Origin: an uncultured Prevotella sp.
Lineage (GTDB): Bacteria > Bacteroidota > Bacteroidia > Bacteroidales > Bacteroidaceae
Length of the DNA: 64,000 nucleotides
Reading direction: 5' to 3'
NCBI GenBank assembly: GCA_905234265.1
Contig: CAJOHJ010000011.1
Coordinates: 12,635-76,634, forward strand
Below, piece by piece: positions 33,932-43,292 of this stretch. A program made the position numbers and the translations under genes. The notes beneath the pieces were generated by a model. That model searched no databases. It had not been told where the DNA came from and was given only the letters and a program-made list of their open reading frames with translations. How positions within the stretch are numbered: the stretch's first letter is position 1; each line of letters opens with the position of its first letter.

Positions 33932-36900
33932 ATGAATATCAAGAAAGTCATTTTAGCAGCACTATGTGTCGTAGTCAGTCAGCTGGCTATGGCTCAGGGC
34001 GCGCGCATATCCGGTACCCTGACCGATGCTGACGGACCGGTGATGATGGGTAACGTTGTCGAACGCGATGCCAACAACCGTATCGTGTCGGCTACTCAGA
34101 CTGACTTCAACGGTAACTTCTCGCTGCAGGTCAAGAGCACCAAGAACAAGCTGGTGTTCTCATTCGTGGGCGACAAGACCAAGGTGATGCCAATCGGCAG
34201 CAGGACGGTGTTCAACGTCAAGCTCGAAGCTGAAGGCACAGCACTCCGCGAAGTTACCGTAAGGGGTAAGAGAAACAACTCCGGCGGTCTGATGATTCAG
34301 AAGAAGGAGATTTCTGTTTCGCAGCAGACCATGAGCATGGACCAGGTGGAAGGTCTTGCATTCACTTCGGCCGACGAGGCCCTGCAGGGTGAGATTGCCG
34401 GTCTGGACATCGTGTCCAACTCTGGTAACCTGGGCTCTGGCTCGCAGATGCGCCTGCGTGGTGTGACCACTCTCTCGGCAAATGCTAACCCGCTGATTGT
34501 CGTCGACGACAAGATTTTCGACAATCCTGACGAGGACTTCGACTTTGAGAGCGCTGACGAAGAGCAGTACTCTTCACTGCTGTCAGTGAACGTGGAAGAC
34601 ATTGCATCCATCACCGTACTCAAGGACGCCGCTGCTACTGCCGTGTGGGGTTCGAAAGGCTCTAACGGTGTTATCCAGATTGTCACAAAGCGCGGTGCAA
34701 GAGGTAAACCACGCGTGAACTTCTCCTACAAGTTCACAGGCACTTGGATGCCTGACGGCTACAAGCTCCTCAACGGTGACGACTATACCATGCTGATGAA
34801 GGAGGAATTCTACAATCCTACCCAGCAGGCCGACCGCACTACGAACATTGCAGAAATCAACTATGACCGCAGTTATGCCGACTGGGAGAACTGGAACAAC
34901 AACACCGACTGGGTGGACGCTGTCAAGCAGTTCGGTGCCATGCACGACTATAACGTTGTGCTTTCCGGTGGCGGACAGAAGGCTCAGTTCCGTATTTCTG
35001 CAGGCTATAAGCACCAGACTGGTACCATCATCAAGCAGAAGTTCCAACAGTTCACAACACGTATGGCCCTCGACTACAACGTGTCCGACCGTATCCGCTT
35101 CATTACGAACTTTGCTCTGACATACACCAACAACCTCAAGAACTATGAAGGCAAGATAAATGGTGTCGAGCACCAAGGACTTCTGGCCATAGCACAGCAA
35201 CAGGCTCCTAACATGGCCATCTACCGACAGGACGGCAACGGCAACGACACCAGCGATTTCTTCCTGATGTATCCGACGGCTCCTAACCGTAACACTACTC
35301 CTTACGACGGAATGTACTCAAGCTACGATCTGTCAAGCATCTATGGCCTTGGCAACCCCGTGGCCATCGGAAATCTGGCATGGGTGAAGGACCAGACATA
35401 CCGTCTGACCCCTGACTTTACGCTGAAATATGAAATTCTCGGCACAGAGGCAGAGAAGAGCCGACTGACATTCAACGGGCGTGTGGACTTCGACATCTTC
35501 GCAGAGTCTAAGCCGACATACTATCCGGCAGCACTCGCCAACGCCACATGGACAGGATCTGAGTATAACCTCACTACCAACTACGAGTTCAACCGCATGA
35601 AGATTGGCGGACGTGCAGAACTGGTGTTCACACCTTACTTCCGCAACAAGGACTTCAGCGCAACTATGTTGCTGCGCTACGAGATGAACACACAGAGGAC
35701 TACTAACCAGACGGTCATCATGACCCATCTGCCCAATGGCATTGAGTCGCCAACGGTGTATGCTTTTCCCGGCACTCCAAGCAGTGGCAACAGCCGTTCT
35801 AACTCGCAGAACCTCCTGTACAACGCACACTTCTCCTATAAGGACGGACGCTACTCACTGGGCTTCTCACTGCGTGCCGACGGCGACTCAAAGTTCGGAC
35901 CGAAGGAAAAGTGGGCTTACTTCCCAGGCGTCTCCCTGCGTTACAACATCAACGAAGAGCCGTTCATGAAGTGGTCCGAGAAGGTTATCTCAATGCTCGG
36001 CCTGCGTGCATCATGGGGTGTCGTAGGTAAGGCTCCAGACGCTGACTACCTGTTCTACAACACTTATGACGTGTCGGCAGGCAGCTACGGTATCGGCAAC
36101 AATACTGCCAATGTTGCAGTACTCGACGGACTGAAACTCGACGACCTGCGCTGGGAGAAGACTACTTCTTACAACCTCGGCTTCAACCTCGGTCTGTTCA
36201 ACAACCGTTTCGAGATTGACTTCGACTACTATCACAAGGACACGCGCGACCTGCTCATGGGACATGCAACAAAAGTTGCCAGTCAGGTGAAGATACCCTC
36301 CTACGTGGGCTATCCGACTGTTAAGTTTGCAAACGTAGGACGCATGACCAACGACGGTTGGGAGCTGAACTTCACTGCAAAGAAGTTCGTCAAGTTGGGC
36401 AAGTTCTCGGCGGACTTCGGCTTCAACATCGCACAGAACTCCAACCTGCTGAAGGAAATGGACGAGAGCGTGCTTGAGGGCATCAACGGAACTGACTGGG
36501 ATGCTACTGCCCGCGGAAGCTATCCTGTCCGCGTACAGATCAACAACTCGCTCGGCTCTATCTACGGTTTCCGCTACAAGGGCGTATACAACATGACTTA
36601 CGACTATCTGCAGAACTACCAGAAGGAAAATAGCCTGAACCGTGACGACTACGAGGCATTCATCAACAACCTGCTGCACGGCACTCTCCCAGATGCATGG
36701 TATGCTGAGCGCAACCTTGCCAAGCAGCCATACACTGCACCGGTGGCCGTAGGTGCTGACGGTAACGTCATCATGACTAACAATGACGAACCACAGCGAA
36801 TGAAGTATGCATACGACAAGATTACATCTAACGGACATGCTGGCTATAACTTCCAGGGTGGTGATGCCATCTACGAGGACATTAACCACGACGGACAGAT

Positions 36901-37426
36901 TAATGCGCTTGACATTGTATACCTTGGCAATTCGCTGCCGAAGGTCAACGGTGGTTTCAACATCTCGCTGAACTACGGAAGATGGTTCCTGAAGGGACGT
37001 TTCAACTATCGTTTCGGCAACAAGGTGGTTAACATCGCACGTATGAACCTGGAAAACATGTATGGCACGGGCAACCAGAGTGCTACCGTCAACTACCGCT
37101 GGCGCAAGGACGGCGACGTGACGCCTATGCCGCGAGCCATGTATCAGGCCGGCTACAACTGGCAGAATTCTGACCGCTATGTTGAGGACGGAGGCTTCGT
37201 ACGCTTCCAGAACCTACAGTTAGGCTACCGCTTCGACACGAAGATGATTAAGAAGTGGGGACTCAACCAGCTGCAGGTCTATGGATCGATGAACAACCTC
37301 TACGTGTGGACACGATACAGCGGCGTAGACCCCGAGGTGTCGGCAAGTGGCTATAGCCCGGCTCTTGACAAGGCGAAGACTCCGCGCTCGAAGCAGTTCA
37401 CGCTTACACTGAACGTTGGCTTCTAA
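33932..37426 (+). CDS. SusC/RagA family TonB-dependent outer-membrane transporter
   Basis: Carboxypeptidase-regulatory-like N-domain, plug (LQGEIAGLDI...RLRGVTT...PLIVVDD), ITVLKDAAATAVWGSKGSNGVIQIVTKRG, and terminal NVGF. Confidence 0.92.
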   Translation: MNIKKVILAALCVVVSQLAMAQGARISGTLTDADGPVMMGNVVERDANNRIVSATQTDFNGNFSLQVKSTKNKLVFSFVGDKTKVMPIGSRTVFNVKLEAEGTALREVTVRGKRNNSGGLMIQKKEISVSQQTMSMDQVEGLAFTSADEALQGEIAGLDIVSNSGNLGSGSQMRLRGVTTLSANANPLIVVDDKIFDNPDEDFDFESADEEQYSSLLSVNVEDIASITVLKDAAATAVWGSKGSNGVIQIVTKRGARGKPRVNFSYKFTGTWMPDGYKLLNGDDYTMLMKEEFYNPTQQADRTTNIAEINYDRSYADWENWNNNTDWVDAVKQFGAMHDYNVVLSGGGQKAQFRISAGYKHQTGTIIKQKFQQFTTRMALDYNVSDRIRFITNFALTYTNNLKNYEGKINGVEHQGLLAIAQQQAPNMAIYRQDGNGNDTSDFFLMYPTAPNRNTTPYDGMYSSYDLSSIYGLGNPVAIGNLAWVKDQTYRLTPDFTLKYEILGTEAEKSRLTFNGRVDFDIFAESKPTYYPAALANATWTGSEYNLTTNYEFNRMKIGGRAELVFTPYFRNKDFSATMLLRYEMNTQRTTNQTVIMTHLPNGIESPTVYAFPGTPSSGNSRSNSQNLLYNAHFSYKDGRYSLGFSLRADGDSKFGPKEKWAYFPGVSLRYNINEEPFMKWSEKVISMLGLRASWGVVGKAPDADYLFYNTYDVSAGSYGIGNNTANVAVLDGLKLDDLRWEKTTSYNLGFNLGLFNNRFEIDFDYYHKDTRDLLMGHATKVASQVKIPSYVGYPTVKFANVGRMTNDGWELNFTAKKFVKLGKFSADFGFNIAQNSNLLKEMDESVLEGINGTDWDATARGSYPVRVQINNSLGSIYGFRYKGVYNMTYDYLQNYQKENSLNRDDYEAFINNLLHGTLPDAWYAERNLAKQPYTAPVAVGADGNVIMTNNDEPQRMKYAYDKITSNGHAGYNFQGGDAIYEDINHDGQINALDIVYLGNSLPKVNGGFNISLNYGRWFLKGRFNYRFGNKVVNIARMNLENMYGTGNQSATVNYRWRKDGDVTPMPRAMYQAGYNWQNSDRYVEDGGFVRFQNLQLGYRFDTKMIKKWGLNQLQVYGSMNNLYVWTRYSGVDPEVSASGYSPALDKAKTPRSKQFTLTLNVGF

Positions 37427-37475
37427 TCAATTGATAATTGAAAATTGACAATTTGATAATTGAAAAAGGAAAGTT

Positions 37476-39260
37476 ATGAAAAACAATATATATAAAATAA
37501 TGTGTGCGGCACTTTTGACGGTCAGCATGACGTCGTGCCTGGACACCATCATCCTGCCGGACGACAAGACCGTCGATGAGGACTTCTGGCAGACGAAGGA
37601 AGACGTCGCTTCGATGGTCAACGGAGCATATAAAGCCATGACCGCCGACGATGTCATTGCACGTCTGATCGTATGGGGTGACTTCCGCACGGACGAGTTC
37701 AAGATGAGCGATGCCGTCACTGACGAGTCTGCGACAACGATAGCACTCGACGAAATATACGCCGTAGGCATGCAGACGACAAATATGTACGGACAGTGGT
37801 CAAGCTTCTACAATGTCATCAACCGATGCAACATCGTGCTGGAGCGTGCTGCTGAAGTTATGAACATCGACCCCAACTACACTATGGGTGACTATGCGGT
37901 AGACCGTTCACAGATGCTGGCACTCCGCGCATTGTGCTACTTCTATCTGGTGCGCAGCCACCGTGACATCCCGTATTATACTGAGGCTTACATGAACAGC
38001 AGCCAGAACACCAACCTTGAGCAGCAGGCTCCGATGTACGTTATCGACCGTTGCATTGCAGACTTGCAGGAAGCATCCACTACAGCTCTCGCTGCTCGTG
38101 GATATACCACCACTCAGTGGCGCAGGGTTGGATACATGACTGACGATGCCATCAATGCTCTGCTGGCAGACATTTTCCTCTGGAAGGCTTCCATCACGCA
38201 CAGTGCAGCAGACTATCAGCAGTGTGTGGCTTACTGCGACAAGGTGATAGAGTCGAAGAAGGGACAGCATCGTCTCGGACGCGGAGAAGTTGCAACGTCT
38301 GAATATCCGCTGGCTACGTCAAGCAGGATGTATAACGATATTTTCGTCACTCAAAATGCTGAGGAGAGCATTCTGGAACTGCAGCTCACTTCAAATCTGC
38401 CAGTATGCCAGTATTTCTACAAATATAAGAGCCAAAGCGGAACGGGCGGAACAGGATGGTTCAAGGCTACACCGTTGATGGGCTCGGCTCTCTCGGGCAG
38501 CTATACGGCAGCGACATTTGCATCAGGAACTGCACTGTTCTCTCCTGGCGACATGCGCTATTATCAGACGTGCTTCTCTGGAGGAGAAAGTGGTTATGAC
38601 GTAAGAAAGATTATTTCACAGATGGCTATTAGCTCCAAGCCGACTAATACATCTTTGGCTTCACGCAATGGCGAGCAGTACGATTACGGTGGCTTGGGTG
38701 GAAGAAATTATAATATCTACAGGCTGACGGACATTATGCTCATGAAGGCTGAGGCCATGCTGGAACAGGTTGACGGAGAGGCTGAAATAGCAGAGCAGCA
38801 GGTACCGCTGCGCGACGTGTTCAACCTGTTGCAGGCTGTGAACACCAGAGCCCTGGCTGAAGAGAACAAGGCTGACTCGCTGAAGTGGACAGACTTCAGA
38901 AGCCACAACAAGAACGACTACGAACAGTATATCTTGCAGGAACGCCTGCGTGAGTTCGCATTTGAGGGCCGCCGCTTCTACGACCTCATGCGCTACAACT
39001 ACCGTCATGCTACGGGCGTTGATTACAACAGGACGCTTGTGCAGATGGTTGATGCAGGAGAAACTCTGCCGGCAGTATTCGACGACATGCTTACGCTGAT
39101 GATGCGGCAGAGCGGTACTGACCAGGCAGGACGTAAGGCAAAGATGCAGAACGAGGCATACCTGTACATGCCTGTGCCTAACAGCGACCTTATCGTGGCT
39201 CCTGCGCTGCGACAGAATCCTGCATACAGGGATACTAAAGACTATCAGAAGAGTTACTAA
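37476..39260 (+). CDS. SusD/RagB family surface lipoprotein
   Basis: Lipobox MTSC, plus LRALCYFYLVRSHRDIPY, IYRLTDIMLMKAEA and RLREFAFEGRRFYDLMRY. Confidence 0.88.
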   Translation: MKNNIYKIMCAALLTVSMTSCLDTIILPDDKTVDEDFWQTKEDVASMVNGAYKAMTADDVIARLIVWGDFRTDEFKMSDAVTDESATTIALDEIYAVGMQTTNMYGQWSSFYNVINRCNIVLERAAEVMNIDPNYTMGDYAVDRSQMLALRALCYFYLVRSHRDIPYYTEAYMNSSQNTNLEQQAPMYVIDRCIADLQEASTTALAARGYTTTQWRRVGYMTDDAINALLADIFLWKASITHSAADYQQCVAYCDKVIESKKGQHRLGRGEVATSEYPLATSSRMYNDIFVTQNAEESILELQLTSNLPVCQYFYKYKSQSGTGGTGWFKATPLMGSALSGSYTAATFASGTALFSPGDMRYYQTCFSGGESGYDVRKIISQMAISSKPTNTSLASRNGEQYDYGGLGGRNYNIYRLTDIMLMKAEAMLEQVDGEAEIAEQQVPLRDVFNLLQAVNTRALAEENKADSLKWTDFRSHNKNDYEQYILQERLREFAFEGRRFYDLMRYNYRHATGVDYNRTLVQMVDAGETLPAVFDDMLTLMMRQSGTDQAGRKAKMQNEAYLYMPVPNSDLIVAPALRQNPAYRDTKDYQKSY

Positions 39261-39280
39261 AGAATAGGAGGACAATAATA

Positions 39281-41476
39281 ATGATGAAAGACTTTATCAA
39301 ACTAAGCAGCCGCATTGCTGCCGCAGGAGCTGCTGCAATGCTCATGGCCATGACTTGGGCTTGTAACCCGGAGCCGGACGAGTCTGACCTGTACACTGCG
39401 ACAGGAGAGACGGCAGCCGACTACATCAAGCGCAAGGCTGAACTGACGTCGTTCGACTATATTCTTAACCGCGTAGGACTGGACAGAAACCTGTCGGCAT
39501 ACGGTGAGTATACATGCTTTATTCCTACTAATGATGCCGTGGCTGCATATCTGGAGAAGTTGTATAACGACAACGAGTCTGCACTCCCACACAACGGAAT
39601 GACAGCCCCCTCTCTGGAAGGACTTACCGACTCGCTGTGCAGTGAGATTGCACGCTATCACCTGCTGTCGAACGAGAAGGCAACGACAATCTCTTTCGGT
39701 GCCAGTAGCCGCACATTCACCACAATGCTTCGCGTGCCGTTTACTACTGACGGCAGTTCCGGCAAGGTGGTCATCAACCAGTCGGCAACAATCATTGAGC
39801 CGGACAGCGTTGTAACCAATGGCGTCGTGCATGTCATTGACTCAGTGATTCCCAGAAACACGAGAATGCTGCCGGAACAGTTGTCTCACCTGCCCGAGTT
39901 CAGCATCTTTAACGAGGCTCTGCAGCTGACAGGACTTGCCGACTCTCTGAAAGTCTATAAGAAGGCAAGGGAATGGACTATCAACGATTTCCCTGACAAC
40001 GACAACTATGATGTCAATACGTCAGGACAAAGGACTAACGCTCTTTATTTTCCGAAAGACTGTATCAAAATGTTCACGATATTTGCTGAGCCAGACGAAG
40101 TGATGCGTGCCAATGGCATTAACAATATCGAGGACTTGAAAGCTTATGCCAATCGTGTATATGCAGATGCCACTTCCTGGTATGACTATCCAGCTGAGCT
40201 TGGACTGACAATCAGCACTGGCGATGACTATACAAACAGAATGAATACGCTGAACATGTTCGTTGCATATCACATCCTGTTGGTAGGTATGCCTGAGGAC
40301 GAGCTGGTGTATGAACGCAGCCAGAAGTGGACAACTACCAACAAGACATGGAACTATGTCAACGGTGGACAGCCTTACGACTATTACGAGACTATGCTGC
40401 CAAAGACTATCATGAAGATTTGGCAGCCGTCGCCATTCTCGGCAGCAAAGGCTCTGTATATTAACCGTTGGGTGCGACTGAACACTCTCACCGACGAGCT
40501 GGGTACGATGGGAAGTTCTTCAATGCACCCGCTGCTGAGGGCTGGTGTGAGAATTAACCGTACAAGCGATAATCCGCAGGCTACGCACAACATTCAGACC
40601 TTCAACGGATACATCCACAGCATCAGAAGCATGCTCGTATATGACAGCGGTGTAAAGAACGGCGTGCTGCACGAGCGCTTGCGCTTCGACTCGACGACAT
40701 TCATCCCAGAATTCATCAACAACCGTTTCCGCATGTCAAGTAATCCAGAGGTTTCTGGCTGGAACGATGGTGGCAGCGGTGGACGTATAGCATTTCCACT
40801 TGACTATTTTGACGGCGTCGTCAGCTACACTACTCTGAACCGCTTCCGCTATAATGTCAAGGGTGCATACAATGCATGGCAGAGCGATACTTTCCAGGGA
40901 TGGGGCATGGACTACGACCTGGCTATCAAGCTTCCGCCGATACCGTCGGGAGAATATGAGTTCCGCGTGTTCTATACTCCAATGGGTCATGGCGGCATGA
41001 TGCAGTTCTATCTTGGCACGTCGCCCAGCAAGTCTTCTATGCAGGCTCTTGACATTCCTCTTGATGCCCGTGTGGACATTGATGACCCACGCATCGGATG
41101 GACAGATTATTCCTTAGAGGAAGATCTCGGTGTTGCCACAGACCAGGCAATGCGCAACCGTGGATACATGCGCGGACTGTTCTCCTATGCAGACCATGCG
41201 GAGTCTGGTGACTTGAACACTACCTACAAATCTTCAGAAGAGGTAAAGGCTAATCCCGACACGCGTAACATGCGTTATACTAGCACTAAAAATAACAGCC
41301 TGCGCAAGATTATGGGACGCCGCACGTTCAAGCAGAGTCAGGAATACTGGTTCCGCATTAAGAACGTCATTCCGAGTACTGACGGTAATATGGGACGTAA
41401 ATGGCAGTTCGACTACATAGAGTTTGTTCCAACAGAACTTGTCGATAACGACGAATACACTGAGGACTGGTTCTAA
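39281..41476 (+). CDS. Fasciclin (FAS1)-like surface lipoprotein, 731 aa
   Basis: Lipobox TWAC followed by NPEPDESD. FAS1 motifs YTCFIPTNDAVAAY and NGVVHVIDSVIP, followed by a large C-terminal extension. Confidence 0.7.
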   Translation: MMKDFIKLSSRIAAAGAAAMLMAMTWACNPEPDESDLYTATGETAADYIKRKAELTSFDYILNRVGLDRNLSAYGEYTCFIPTNDAVAAYLEKLYNDNESALPHNGMTAPSLEGLTDSLCSEIARYHLLSNEKATTISFGASSRTFTTMLRVPFTTDGSSGKVVINQSATIIEPDSVVTNGVVHVIDSVIPRNTRMLPEQLSHLPEFSIFNEALQLTGLADSLKVYKKAREWTINDFPDNDNYDVNTSGQRTNALYFPKDCIKMFTIFAEPDEVMRANGINNIEDLKAYANRVYADATSWYDYPAELGLTISTGDDYTNRMNTLNMFVAYHILLVGMPEDELVYERSQKWTTTNKTWNYVNGGQPYDYYETMLPKTIMKIWQPSPFSAAKALYINRWVRLNTLTDELGTMGSSSMHPLLRAGVRINRTSDNPQATHNIQTFNGYIHSIRSMLVYDSGVKNGVLHERLRFDSTTFIPEFINNRFRMSSNPEVSGWNDGGSGGRIAFPLDYFDGVVSYTTLNRFRYNVKGAYNAWQSDTFQGWGMDYDLAIKLPPIPSGEYEFRVFYTPMGHGGMMQFYLGTSPSKSSMQALDIPLDARVDIDDPRIGWTDYSLEEDLGVATDQAMRNRGYMRGLFSYADHAESGDLNTTYKSSEEVKANPDTRNMRYTSTKNNSLRKIMGRRTFKQSQEYWFRIKNVIPSTDGNMGRKWQFDYIEFVPTELVDNDEYTEDWF

Positions 41477-41513
41477 CTTAATTGGGAATTGACAATTTAT
41501 AATTGATAATTGT

Positions 41514-43292
41514 ATGAAAAAGAACAAATATATAGGAATAGCGATGACGGCAGCAGCAATGCTCGCTGCCGCATCATGCTCCGACTTCAGCGACTACAAC
41601 GAGGTTCCCGTCGACCCGCGTGCGGAGGGGAACCAGACGCTGTGGCAGAACATTAGCAGCAATCCTGAGCTGAAGGGCTTTGCCCAGCTGGTAGAGAAAT
41701 CGGGCTTGCAGGCAGAACTGGACAATTCCAAGTCCTTCACAGTGTGGGCACCAAAAGACGGCTCCTACGACTTGGAGGCTCTGCTGCAGCAGCCAGCAGA
41801 CATCGTGCTTTCGCAGATTGTGCAGAACCATGTCGCTGAATACAGCCATCAGGCCGTCGGCGAAGTGAGCGAACGCATACGAACGTTGAACGACAAGAAA
41901 TACGACTTTACAGGAACTGCTGGAAGCTATACATTCAATGGAATACCTGTAACTTCTGTCAATCAGCCAAGCAACAACGGCATCATTCATGTCATTGACC
42001 AGCTGGCACCGTTCCGCCACAACCTTTACGAATATCTTAAGGAAGGTGAGGGCTTTGACAAGCTGCGCGAGCAGTTCATGCGCTATGAGGAGACAACACT
42101 TGACGAAACGAACAGTGTTAAGGGACCGATGGTTGACGGCCAGCAGACCTACATTGACTCAGTCTTGATTACGAGGAACACGCTTGTCAACCAGCTGAAC
42201 GCAAGGCTGACCAACGAGGACAGTACCTACACGTTCATTCTTCCTACCGACAGGGCTTTCGACGACATGTATGCAAGGGTTGCCAAGACTTTCAATTTCC
42301 TCAACACCACGATAGTTGCTGATATTATGAACTATACCAGCACGGCGTCGACAAACACCAAGACATCGCCGACTATCGTTGCTTCAGAACTGAAAGACTC
42401 ACTGGTTCGCCAGGCAATCACCCGTAACCTCATCTACAGCAACAACGACTACTACAACAAGCTGTGGCAGGAGGGGGCAAGCATCAACGACACGCTGCGC
42501 AGCACACGCCGTGTAAAGCTTGCCAACGGCACGGAACTCTTCAATGATTATCTTGTCGGAGAGCCTATACAGCTCAGCAACGGTATTGCACGTTTGGTTG
42601 ACAGCCTTGCATTCCAGTCGTGGGACACTTTCTGTCCGGAACTTGAAATCTCTCCACGTACACAATATAATAATAATGGCGTGAAGATATTCCCTGCCGA
42701 AGGTCTTAACATCAACGAGAGGGCCAGCATTGACACCTACCTTCTTGACAGCATCTTCGGTCCTGACCATGGGCTTACAAACTATCGCTATCTTTCTATC
42801 AGGGCTACTGGTGAGCGCACAAAGCCGGACGTTTTCATTAAGCTGCCCGACGTGCAGTCTACGGCGTATAACTTCTACGTTGTCTATCTGCCGCAGGCCC
42901 GGCCGGAACTTGGCGGTGATGCGCGTCCAAACAAGCTGAATTACCAGCTTGACTATTGCGCTGCAAACGGTAAAAAGCAGACCTACAACTTCTCCGTTGA
43001 CCAAGCTGCAGCTATCCTCAATGGCGAGCCGGTGCCTACAGCCCCAACGGCCGTCAACCGCAATACAGCCTTTGAGAATGACCCAGAGAAGTTAGACACA
43101 GTATTCATCGGACAGTTCACTTTCCCCGTGTGCTATGCAGGTCTTGGCGACTATACGCCGACTCTTCACATCAGCAACCCAATGAACATGTTGTTGGCCG
43201 CACAGCGCAATCTTTACAACCGTGACTTGCGCATTGCCGCAATCATCCTGCGGCCTGTAGAACAGGACGAATATAAAGCTAAAAATCAATGA
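41514..43292 (+). CDS. Fasciclin (FAS1)-like surface lipoprotein, 592 aa
   Basis: Lipobox AASC followed by SDFSDYNE. FAS1 motifs FTVWAPKDGSY, NNGIIHVIDQLAP and YTFILPTDRAF. Confidence 0.7.
   Translation: MKKNKYIGIAMTAAAMLAAASCSDFSDYNEVPVDPRAEGNQTLWQNISSNPELKGFAQLVEKSGLQAELDNSKSFTVWAPKDGSYDLEALLQQPADIVLSQIVQNHVAEYSHQAVGEVSERIRTLNDKKYDFTGTAGSYTFNGIPVTSVNQPSNNGIIHVIDQLAPFRHNLYEYLKEGEGFDKLREQFMRYEETTLDETNSVKGPMVDGQQTYIDSVLITRNTLVNQLNARLTNEDSTYTFILPTDRAFDDMYARVAKTFNFLNTTIVADIMNYTSTASTNTKTSPTIVASELKDSLVRQAITRNLIYSNNDYYNKLWQEGASINDTLRSTRRVKLANGTELFNDYLVGEPIQLSNGIARLVDSLAFQSWDTFCPELEISPRTQYNNNGVKIFPAEGLNINERASIDTYLLDSIFGPDHGLTNYRYLSIRATGERTKPDVFIKLPDVQSTAYNFYVVYLPQARPELGGDARPNKLNYQLDYCAANGKKQTYNFSVDQAAAILNGEPVPTAPTAVNRNTAFENDPEKLDTVFIGQFTFPVCYAGLGDYTPTLHISNPMNMLLAAQRNLYNRDLRIAAIILRPVEQDEYKAKNQ

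Noticed and set aside
39266-39271. AGGAGG Shine-Dalgarno-like hexamer 9 nt upstream of the second FAS1 gene
   Set aside because: It is a single instance. Other genes in the window lack such sequences, and Bacteroidota generally do not use SD-led initiation. It is treated as chance.
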